DNA from: Sphaeroforma arctica JP610
Taxonomy: Eukaryota
Assembly (NCBI RefSeq): GCF_001186125.1
Contig: NW_014040211.1
Location: 1 to 51,132, forward strand
DNA: 51,132 nt
Reading direction: 5' to 3'
The notes under the pieces were generated by a model that saw only the letters and a list, made by a program, of their open reading frames with translations, had not been told where the DNA came from and made no database searches. Below are positions 1-11,091 of this stretch, in pieces. Both the position numbers and the translations under genes were made by a program. Within the stretch, counting starts at the first letter, position 1. The number at the start of each line of letters is the position of its first letter.

Positions 1-123
1 AGGTTCATCGAGTGATGACCTAAATGTCTCACATGATCTATATATATAAATATATATATATACATACATACATACATACATACATACGTACGTACATACA
101 TACATACATACATACATGCACAC

Positions 124-154
<31 letters not shown>

Positions 155-223
155 CTCATACATATAGGCACATACACAAATACACACACAAATATATTCT
201 ACCATTATAACGTTGTGACATAC

Positions 224-353
224 GGTGAACAGCTGTGGTGCAGCAGATACGCTACATCGCGTGTGGGTACGTCCACCCCACAGTACTGGAAGTCCACAGC
301 CGCCACTTGCCTCTCATCGACTGTGAATAGTAAGTTCTCGGCTTTGAAATCGC
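224..353 (-). CDS. Internal exon of an aminoglycoside phosphotransferase / ecdysteroid-kinase-like (APH/EcKL) protein
   Basis: Minus strand reads tccacag|GC GAT TTC...TCA CC|gtatgt. It translates (H)GDFKAENLLFTVDERQVAAVDFQYCGVDVPTRDVAYLLHHSCS, with the Brenner HGDxxxxN motif, the DFQ motif and a downstream DxAY. Other exons were not resolved. Confidence 0.75.
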
Positions 354-949
354 CTGTGGATTTGATTGGAAGTGATGAAAATAGTGAGAGTACATGATGT
401 AATAATGAGTAGAGTAGAAATGATGCTGCTAGTAGGTGGTTTAGGTTTCAGGTGTATACGAGTAGGGTAGGAGTGATGCTGCTAGTATGTGTATATGAGG
501 AGAGTAGATGTGATTCAAATAATAGGCACATGGATTAGGTTTCAGATGTATACGAGTAGAGTAGATGTGATGCTTATAGTAGGTACATGATTTAGGTTTC
601 AGGTCTATATACGTAGATTCCCAGTCGTGGTTTGCGGAGAGTACTCTTCCAGCTGTACGAGTGCTCTGAGATCGGAAACAAGTTTCCCAAAGCACCAGTG
701 GGTATGATTGAAAGTGGTGGTACTGAGGAAACTGATACCTACATGTATTAGGTCTCAGGGTTTAGGGTTGAGGGTTTAGGGTATATTTCACACTGGGGGT
801 GTGTGGAGAGTACATTTCCAACAGTATGGATTCTATGAAACTAGACGGGGATGTGTGAAAGTGTGGTAGATAGCGATCTTAAGTCAGGTTATGTTGACTT
901 AGGAGTGGCTTAGCTTAGATCAGCTCAACAGCCCCATACAGCTCAAGGT

Positions 950-1425
950 GCAATTGACTCAAATGACTTAAATGTATGAGATTGACTTAAATGACTTAAA
1001 TATGTATGTGATTCACATAAATGACATAAATATGTATGTGATTGACTTAAATGACTCAAATATGTGTGTGATTGACTCAAATGACTTAAATATGTATTTG
1101 ACTGACTTAAATGACTTAAATATGTGTGATTAACTTAAATGACTTAAATATGTATGTGACTGACTTAAATGACTTATATATGTATGTGATTGACTTAAAT
1201 GACTAAAATATGTATGTGATTAACTTAAATGACTTTAAATATGTTTGTGATTGACTTAAAAGACTTAAATATGTATGTGATTGACTTATATGGCTTAGAT
1301 ATGTATGTAATTAACTTAAATGACTTAAATATGTTTGTGATTAGCTTATATGACTTAGATATGTATGTGATTGACTTAAATGAATTAAATATATTTGTGA
1401 TTGACTATGACTTTAAAATGTATGT
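950..1425. repeat. ~30-bp AT-rich minisatellite (attgacttaaatgacttaaatatgtatgtg)
   Basis: About 15 tandem, slightly degenerate copies are directly visible. Confidence 0.95.
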
Positions 1426-2289
1426 GCTCGAGGGAAGACGATGCAATACAGATGTTTTCTGAGGTACAACTGGTCGATGTAAAGAACACTGCAGGTTTAT
1501 ATATATATATATCTTATGACAACCCGTCATGCACTTTTCATAAATTGAAGTTGTACTATTGAAGCTAAACATATACATATACTTATACATGTAGATTGAG
1601 TATATATATATATATATATATATATATAACATATGATGTCATACTTATTCAATTCATAGTGTTTGGTAAATATATCAGGCGCTCTTCATACATTTTAGTT
1701 GTACTATTGAAGGACATATATCATGCTACCCCACTGTGTCTAATAAATATATCAGACGTTTACAGAGAACTTGTTTACGTTTTAAGTTGTACTAGTGAAT
1801 GCATCCATTCCATAAGTTTCACTTTAGAAATCATGACTAATTAATAAATGTATAGACATAGAGGCACAGCCAGTGTACCCCGGAATAAACCTCCATGCAG
1901 AAACTGTACTATGAAATGGAAGCAAGAATAAAACAATATGAAACGCAGACTACGTACTATCAACACGTACTACCAACTACCCTCTCAGCTGAGTGAACAC
2001 GCCAACGTGAACCAAACAGTACACCAAGGGTAGTGGCACTAGGGCTGGTGCAGTTCTAGTTGAAGGGCATGCTTTATTGAGGGGTGTATCTCAGTCACAC
2101 GCATGTTGGAGAGGTCCTTTTACATCGATACAAAGCTGCGCAAAACGTATTGCCTCAATAAAGCAGTATCTCGGTCACACGTATACTGAAGAGGTCCCTT
2201 TACATCTATACAAGGCTGCTCAAAACGTATATGTGTTGCCGCAATACGTGAACTTCTACGATTGTAGCAGCACTTCTCTGCGTAAAATA

Positions 2290-2492
2290 GCTAAAAGCGG
2301 GACAGGTAATGCCAAAAGCGAGACAGGTAATGCTAAAAGCGGGACAGGTAAAGCTAAAAGCGGGACAGGTAATGCTAAAAACGGGACAGGTAATACGAAA
2401 AGCGGGACAGGAAATGCTAAAGGCGGGACAGATAATCTAAAAGCGGAACAGGCAATGCTAAAAGCGGAACAAATAATGCTAAAAGCGGGACA
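2290..2492. repeat. 21-bp minisatellite (gctaaaagcgggacaggtaat)
   Basis: About 9-10 tandem copies. They explain the SGTGNAK repeats in ORF 2077..2514. Confidence 0.95.
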
Positions 2493-2788
2493 GCGCTTTA
2501 CTCTAATGGTGTGATATAACAGCCTCATGTTTAACACGAGAATACTGTTCGCTGCGAAGGTTTATATCAATTCGTAACGAAACTAGCATACAAACAATGG
2601 TCTAAATGATCATATAAATTGCTTTGGCACAATAATGAGTTCCTCTGCATGAAGTAACTAAAACCGGGACAGATTATGTTTAAAGCGGGACAGTGCCCTA
2701 CTCAAGGAAAGAGAAACAAAAGGTCTCACGCCTGACGCAGGAATGCCCTTGAAGTATATCATTTTGTAAAAATGATGACTGAAACGAA

Positions 2789-2823
<35 letters not shown>

Positions 2824-2881
2824 CTATATATATATAATATATATATATATATACATATANANNNNNNNNNNNNNNNNNNNN

Positions 2882-3320
2882 CAATACACAGCTAACCAAT
2901 TGAAAATACTCAATACAGAACTGACCAATTGGAAATGCCCAATACACAACTGACCAATTGAAAATGCTCAATACAGATCTGACCAATTGGAAATGCTCAA
3001 TACACAACTGACCAATTGGGAATGCTCAATACACAGCTGACCAATCGAAAATGCATAATACACAGCTGACCAATTGGAAATGCTCTATACACAGCTGACC
3101 AATTGGAAATGCTCAATACACAGCTGACCAATTGGAAATGCATAATACACAGCTGACCAATTGGAAATGATCAACACTCAGCTGACCAATTGGAAATGCT
3201 CAATACACAGCTGACCAATTGGAAATGCTCGACACACAGCTGACCAATTGGAAATGCTCAATACACAGCTGACCAATTGAAAATGCTCAACACAGCTGAT
3301 CAACGGGAATGTTCACCACA
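2882..3320. repeat. 29-bp minisatellite (caatacacagctgaccaattggaaatgct)
   Basis: About 15 tandem copies. The unit contains the palindromes cagctg and ccaattgg. Confidence 0.95.
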
Positions 3321-3545
3321 TAGCCTAGCCTGTACGTTAGGAACTGGCTGAGTGACAGTCTCAGGTGTGCTTGAGGCACGTCTAATGGTACATGCAACCC
3401 TGTCAACGAGCTACTTTCGAGATGATTGTTGAGCAAACAGTTAGACCACAAATGGGCGCATGAAGAAGTCCCGCCAATGTGAGCCTCCTGACAACGAGCC
3501 ATTGCTAGGGCACCCTGTTGAACTATCTCTATATCTAGCACAACT

Positions 3546-3628
3546 GCCATGATGTCATCTGCGTCATGATGTCAACTATGCCATGATGTCAACGGTGTCA
3601 TGATGTCAACTGTGTCATGATGTCAACT
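3546..3628. repeat. 17-bp tandem repeat (catgatgtcaactgtgt)
   Basis: About 5 tandem copies. Confidence 0.85.
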
Positions 3629-5531
3629 CCTCTGGTACAGGCCTAAACGTGCATTTGTAGTGGTATTATGTAGTAGTTTCTGCGGAACAGTACGGCTGCA
3701 CTACAGCCAACATAAGGCGACAGGACAACACATGAGAAATGACTCGTATAGGCGCGTTTTGAAACCTGTCCACCCCCGCACTCAGATATAGATATACAGA
3801 GACACCTCCAACGTGGCTCAGGCACATCCGATAGAGTGAAAGAAGTATACAGAGGTATTGGCAAACTGTGCGGTCAGCGCGCGTGAAGGATACATACCGA
3901 TTCCTTGGACAGACTCACATCCTCTTGTTGGAAAACCAACCTGTAACGCAACAGGAATGGCATTCAGCCTTACTTGCACAGGTAAGCTCATGCTAGAGTT
4001 GTGTCTCTGCGCATGTGCGACAGGGGTTTGTACGCCTATGATGCAGAGCATGTAGGCTCTAATGCAAAGTATGCGGGGACTAGTCCTTGGGCACGCTTCG
4101 CAGCGGTTAAAATCGTGCGTTTGGATGTCGCATATATATATATATATATAAATATCTTTAAAAAGCAGCCAATATGAATAGAAATAAGGTTACACAGAGC
4201 ACAGCTACCTCGCGATGCTAAAAAATCACCGTACATAGAAACCGCCCGGAAACACACACTGGTGACTGGCTTGTGTATACTATGGGTGCATATTGGTGAA
4301 GCTGATATGTATCATCACTGCGTGAAGTGAGCCATACCGCAGCCATAGATAGGTGTGGCGGGTACAATAAGCGGAAGTAGTATACATTCTTTTGCAACTA
4401 GTCTGAGAATTACAACGAGGCTTCTGCAGAGTAAGAAGAGTATGACACATATTTATGGCCTCGCATGGTGCCTACCGATGAAATGATGAAGGTATGATAC
4501 TCGGTATAGCATATACATGCGGCACTTGCTTCGGATATGTGACAGCGCTACACACACANNNNNNNNNNNNNNNNNNNNNNNNNNNNNNNNNNNNNNNNNN
4601 NNNNNNNNNNNNNNNNNNNNNNNNNNNNNNNNNNNNNNNNNNNNNNNNNNNNNNNNNNNNNNNNNNNNNNNNNNNNNNNNNNNNNNNNNNNNNNNNNNNN
4701 NNNNNNNNNNNNNNNNNNNNNNNNNNNNNNNNNNNNNNNNNNNNNNNNNNNNNNNNNNNNNNNNNNNNNNNNNNNNNNNNNNNNNNNNNNNNNNNNNNNN
4801 NNNNNNNNNNNNNNNNNNNNNNNNNNNNNNNNNNNNNNNNNNNNNNNNNNNNNNNNNNNNNNNNNNNNNNNNNNNNNNNNNNNNNNNNNNNNNNNNNNNN
4901 NNNNNNNNNNNNNNNNNNNNNNNNNNNNNNNNNNNNNNNNNNNNNNNNNNNNNNNNNNNNNNNNNNNNNNNNNNNNNNNNNNNNNNNNNNNNNNNNNNNN
5001 NNNNNNNNNNNNNNNNNNNNNNNNNNNNNNNNNNNNNNNNNNNNNNNNNNNNNNNNNNNNNNNNNNNNNNNNNNNNNNNNNNNNNNNNNNNNNNNNNNNN
5101 NNNNNNNNNNNNNNNNNNNNNNNNNNNNNNNNNNNNNNNNNNNNNNNNNNNNNNNNNNNNNNNNNNNNNNNNNNNNNNNNNNNNNNNNNNNNNNNNNNNN
5201 NNNNNNNNNNNNNNNNNNNNNNNNNNNNNNNNNNNNNNNNNNNNNNNNNNNNNNNNNNNNNNNNNNNNNNNNNNNNNNNNNNNNNNNNNNNNNNNNNNNN
5301 ATATGGTATATGTTAAACGTGTAGAGCACCGGTTTATGGAGTGTTTCAACGCGTGTATCTGACGTGCTTACGGCACCCGTGGCATCCATTTATCAGGCAA
5401 CGACACTGTGATGAGATTTGCCGGACAACGAGTGACATTCGTATCATTCAGCGGGTGTATATGCATCGCACAAGCACAACTATACAACTGAATCACTGCC
5501 CCTTCTGTGCTTAAGGCGCGTGTAAACTTAC

Positions 5532-6678
5532 AGGGTGCCGTGGATTCGCTCCAGAATAGGCAGCAGGCAATACTGGCCGTCCATCAGCGCATTCACAGCT
5601 GCACTCCTGGCGATCTATGCAGGGTGTGCCAGATAAAACTAAGTTTGGGTTGGGCTCTAACCCTAACAATAGACCCAGACTGAAACTAAAGAAAACTTCA
5701 GTGGGCTCGTCGCAGTGAGTTTGGATTAGGCTCTAACCCTAACAATAGACACTCAAACGGGAATTAATAAAACTTCAGTGAACTCGTTGCTGTAAGTTTG
5801 GATTGGGCTCTAACCCTAACAATAGGTACTCAGACTGTAACTACTGAAAAATTCCGTGTTAACTCGTTACGGTGTCTTTTGCTAGGTTAGACAAACTATT
5901 TTTCAATGCACGATGTTTTTTTTACTGCGCTGTAGAGAATCGATTTGTTGCTGAAACTCAGAGATATAGCGATGCACCAGTTCATCATCTACGCCCAGGA
6001 TATCGTAGGTGATATTTTGGTCTCAGCATTCTTTATATTATACGCAAAAATAAATAAAAAATTGCTAACTTGAGTCGGCAACACACACGACGAACCGATA
6101 TACCAAGGAGCACGACAATGTGCTACGACAAAATCAAAACTAAACAGACGAGAAGAATACATGTGATATACTCAGCAGCCAGGAACATGTACACACAACA
6201 CGGCCATCATCGCGCACAACAAGACAACACACGCACAGCGCAGTACATGTCTTGACCTCCAGGTGCAATGCGCGCCAATTGCGTCAGGTCGAGAGAAACT
6301 ACTAGACATGCGTGATTTCACAGAACTTCTAACAAGGATAACTTGAGTGAATGAGTGCATATTATAGCACCTGGACAAACAATTATATATATGAACAATA
6401 TTAATAAATGAACACTAATCCAAGTGCAGCCGTTTCAGATCCATACCGATTTAATACCCGTACGTTGTCCGACGGATAGATTGGTTTTGGCCGTAAACTC
6501 GAGCGAGGGTGGATTCTGCGCCGAAAGAGTGCCATCGAGAGGGAAAGTTATAACAGCAGAGAATGTATTGTCACCCATAGTGATGTCAACTACGCATATA
6601 CCCTGAAGAGGGTCATGGTCAATGATGTCCTCTCTGAAACGATCGATGGCGTGGCGGAACTCCTCCGCGAGCCAGATT
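5532..6678 (-). CDS. Two exons (6678-6447 and 5614-5532) encoding an RWD domain resembling WDR59/Sea3 (GATOR2 subunit)
   Basis: Both exons have canonical AG/GT sites and join in phase 0. The product is IWLAEEFRHAIDRFREDIIDHDPLQGICVVDITMGDNTFSAVITFPLDGTLSAQNPPSLEFTAKTNLSVGQRTGIKS|IARSAAVNALMDGQYCLLPILERIHGTL. The pattern LxxEF...C.V...FP...PS..F...GQxCLxPxL matches my recollection of the WDR59 RWD region. The rest of the gene was not resolved. Confidence 0.55.
5640..5870. repeat. ~76-bp intronic tandem repeat (3 copies) containing ctctaaccctaac
   Basis: The block agtttgg(g/a)tt(g/a)ggctctaaccctaacaatag recurs three times. Confidence 0.85.
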
Positions 6679-8625
6679 CTATTGTGCACCGTTGGAGACG
6701 AGCAAATTAGTATTAAGATTCGCNNNNNNNNNNNNNNNNNNNNNNNNNNNNNNNNNNNNNNNNNNNNNNNNNNNNNNNNNNNNNNNNNNNNNNNNNNNNN
6801 NNNNNNNNNNNNNNNNNNNNNNNNNNNNNNNNNNNNNNNNNNNNNNNNNNNNNNNNNNNNNNNNNNNNNNNNNNNNNNNNNNNNNNNNNNNNNNNNNNNN
6901 NNNNNNNNNNNNNNNNNNNNNNNNNNNNNNNNNNNNNNNNNNNNNNNNNNNNNNNNNNNNNNNNNNNNNNNNNNNNNNNNNNNNNNNNNNNNNNNNNNNN
7001 NNNNNNNNNNNNNNNNNNNNNNNNNNNNNNNNNNNNNNNNNNNNNNNNNNNNNNNNNNNNNNNNNNNNNNNNNNNNNNNNNNNNNNNNNNNNNNNNNNNN
7101 NNNNNNNNNNNNNNNNNNNNNNNNNNNNNNNNNNNNNNNNNNNNNNNNNNNNNNNNNNNNNNNNNNNNNNNNNNNNNNNNNNNNNNNNNNNGTGTGTGTG
7201 TGTGTGTGTGTGTGTGTTTGTATACATTTACTTATTCATGTATATGCGTCAATTTAGTATTTACATGGTCCTTTAACAGATCACATCTACGACCACAAGA
7301 GTCAAGTCGGTCCTCAAACACCCTATTCTCTACAATCATATACTAGTGTGCATAATTCATATGTCAGGGAAACTTCATGTATATGTCATTTTGTGTGTAT
7401 CCGGTTTATATACATAATTTGACATAGCTACGATAATTCAAAGTCCAAGGGTACTTCAGTGATAATATAAGTTTCAGAAATTGACTGAGCGGTCCTTTCG
7501 ATGTATAGTAAATACGATATATCGTTTGGTTGTGCCTGCAGCAGATACTCAGCTTGTGTCTGAACTCGCTTTCTTTCAATTAAAGATATAGTGGTACTTT
7601 CTTCGACTTCAAGCGGTTCTATGGATAGTAACTGCTTCTATCACCTTATCCCAAACAAGAGAGTTAATATTAATGATTGACCATCTATTCAATGTTACAT
7701 ACCGATAATCTTCTGCATCTATCATTCTGTTTAAAGTTTCTGTGGAGATACGCTTGCACGGCCGGGCACCGAAGTTTCAGTGAAAGTGCGGTGGATCCAT
7801 TACACTACAAAGATTGACTTTATCACTCGCTGAAGCCAAGCATTTGCATAGTTATAGACGATACATCTGGGACATTCAACTCGAGATATCGAGAGACATG
7901 TTGAAGTACAACTGTAAGTACGAACAAATACAAATGGTCGCTTTAATGTAATATGTATTAATTTGAATAGCTTCCAGCCTTCCACAGCTACATGAAATGA
8001 ATACAAACCCATTTATTTAGCTATTTTTAGTTGAGAAATAGTATATTTAAATGCCGACATCGCATGACTTATTCCTATCAGGACGTGCAACTGAAATATT
8101 ATTGGCTACGAGATTTTCCCGCTAAAACGTCTTGTACTTACATCAACAAATACATAAAGTCAAATTCATCTGTCAGTTCCTTCTTTTCAATGCATACTGT
8201 ATATGCGTACTTGCTTTTTTTATGTGTGTACAAGCTATCACTACAAGGGAAAGCTATTTAGTATAACACATAAAGTGATGTATGTACTGATCTCGGCAGT
8301 GCGGATGAGTGACTAGACTGAAGCTAAATGAAAACATGCTGTGCATGCTGAGCTTGGTTGTGCCGATGAGAGGCTAGACTAAAACTCGACATTGTAGCCT
8401 GGCGTAACTAACTTGTAAATTATGTGTAAGTGCATCGGATGGTCATCTTATGTATTCAACCCTGTGAAAACTACATGACATTTACTTTGATTCTTTGCAA
8501 AGATCAGGACTGGCGCGCATTTTTCCCGGCCCAGTGTATCATATTTCGCTCGGACGTTTTCAAGATAATGATTCGGCATACGCACACGAGAGTGAGTATA
8601 TACGTGTGTATGTGTACACACCCAT

Positions 8626-8679
<54 letters not shown>

Positions 8680-8732
8680 ATGTGTATGTATGTATGTATG
8701 ATGTATGCTTGTCTATATATATATATATATAT

Positions 8733-8829
<97 letters not shown>

Positions 8830-9242
8830 CATATCGATAAATATATATATGTATATATGTATATATATAGAGAGAGCGAGAGAGAACGATNNNNNNNNNN
8901 NNNNNNNNNNATGTTGTATCCCTTAATAGTTTAGTCGTGTATCCTGGGGTGCATGTGACGACTGGCTTGCGTGTCAGTCCACGACAACACCCTCAAGCAA
9001 GAGTGTATACCTACGCTTTCTATATCGCTACGGATTACACGCAAGTGCTGGTTCTCTGCGCTACGGTTTAGAAATAGGGCATTCCTGGCGTGTGTACGCT
9101 TCTTTAGCTTCGTTATTGGAGAAATGAGTTGTTTTCTGTGGTCGATGTGGGTGCCGGACAGGTTGCAATAACTATCACTGGCAGTCTATGAAATAACTTT
9201 AGCGCCAAACTATTTATGATTGTGAACCCAATGGTTGTTTAG

Positions 9243-9640
9243 GACATGTGGATATACCTACTGGTTTGGTAGGGCATGTGGATATACCTACTGGTTTGGT
9301 AGTGCATGTGGGTTTACCTACTGGTTTGGTAGTGCATGTGGGTATACCTACTGGTTTGGTAGTGCATGTGGATATACCTACTAGTTTTGTAGTGCATGTG
9401 GATATACCTACTGGTTTTTCAGTGCATGCGGATATACCTACTGGTTATGTAGTGCATGTTGATATACCTACTGGTTTTGTACTGCATCTGGATATACTTA
9501 CTGGTTTTGTAGGGCGTGTGGATATACCTACTGGTTTGGTAGTGCATGTGGTTATACCTACTGGCTTGGTAGTGCATGTGGATTTACCTACTGGTTTGGT
9601 AGTGCATGTGGATATACCTACTGGATTGGTAGTGCTTGGA
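9243..9640. repeat. 30-bp minisatellite (gtggatatacctactggtttggtagtgcat)
   Basis: About 13 tandem copies. They produce the spurious VDIPTGLVVH ORF. Confidence 0.95.
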
Positions 9641-11091
9641 ATGAATATCACCTAGGACCTGCGTTCCCCTGTACGGCCTTTGGCACCATTGGTTTGTATT
9701 GATATGTGTTGAGCCTGTGGTCCAGCTCCAACCACACGGGGAATTGGTTTCATGACAACACTCGTCTGATGGTAGTAGACTCTGGTCACACCGTGCAGTA
9801 GCATATGCATCATAACCACAATACTATAGGAAAATGGATCGGAGAGTAGCTTTCTTTATTGCTGTCTCTGAGATACCACATGCCTTAACAAGTAGTTTGA
9901 GGTGCAGTTGTCGCCGTTGCTGTCTCTGAGTTGCCATATCCCTTAACAAGTACTTGGAATACACCATGCACAGTCGATGCGAGTATCCCCACCCTGCAGG
10001 CGACCGCTGGCAGTGGCGTAGACCCGCTCGGATTGCGTCAATACAAAGTGCGACCGAGTAAGGATACCATCAGCTCAGTGCACAATGATATCCTCAAGTC
10101 CACGGTGCCTTGTGCTATCAACACAGTTCGACAGAAAGCGTACAGCGAAGTCAATGCACATCCCAGCGGTATGTATGCGGATACGAACACTGCAGTAGTG
10201 TCAGGGGATAGGCCTGCTTGAGGACTGGAATATGTACTTTAAGACAGATTGCAGTCTGCAGTTTGTACTTCGAACATGTACAGCCGGCGTGTATACGTAT
10301 GATTTGCAGTACATCACTCAGTACTTTGATTCGTATTGTTGACGCGACATAACCATCAGCCCCTTCATTATACGGATCACATCTATACACCGCGTCGAAT
10401 ATTGTACATCTCGTGAGACTAGCTGATCACAGCTTAACTAGAATGCGCAAGTGCCTAAGAAGGTGTCACAGCTTCGGGTTTACAGGAGTGGTCCAATGCT
10501 GCCTACAAGTTACATGCTACGTTGTTAACACGCACTAGCCTACAATTGCATGTCTTCTATCGGCTTCCTACTTGCACTATAGCGAGTTTAGTTGATTCGA
10601 ACTTGGCGATGGGCGATGTGTGCCATATATCATAAAGCCCAGCCAGACAAACACATCAGTGATTGGACAGTCGAGGTATCAACCTTGTAATGAGTTTTTG
10701 TAGGGAGTACGAGTATACAATATCAGCACCTACAATGTGCAAAGACATGGCACCAGTCCCTGGCACTAAGAAATTTTATACTTGCACAGAGAGCGTCGAT
10801 TGTGTGTATCATTCCGCCACCATAAAGTCATCACACGCCCATTACGCCTCGGGCACGCTACTCTGCGCAGCTCAGAGCCTAGACGGGAGTGCAAGTACCC
10901 CTTAACCAAGTTACACACACTTCGTATGGATGATCTAGAGAAGTCCATACAAACCTTACAGAGATCCGTGGGTATGCGATTCAATCCGGACCCATAGCAT
11001 CTGGCATAGTCCTCGTCGCTATGCGTCTCACACATAGCACCGAGGTTTTTCAAACTCAAACGGATATGCATGGTCAGGGATAACATTGCAG

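Noticed and set aside
757..782. Telomere-like TTTAGGG copies
   Set aside because: There are only about 3 imperfect units at an internal position.
2077..2514. 145-aa ORF with SGTGNAK repeats
   Set aside because: It is open because of a stop-free 21-bp minisatellite, with no splice or homology support.
2882..3320. CRISPR-like array (29-bp palindromic unit)
   Set aside because: The units are head-to-tail with no unique spacers, there are no cas genes, and the context is eukaryotic. It is a minisatellite.
3920..3941. Minus-strand WFSNKR resembling homeodomain helix 3
   Set aside because: It is only 6 residues, no helix 1/2 exon was found, and alternative frames are equally plausible.
8430..8934. 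YIYIYI-type ORFs and ORFs spanning N runs throughout the window
   Set aside because: They are artefacts of (TA)n/(CA)n microsatellites and assembly gaps.
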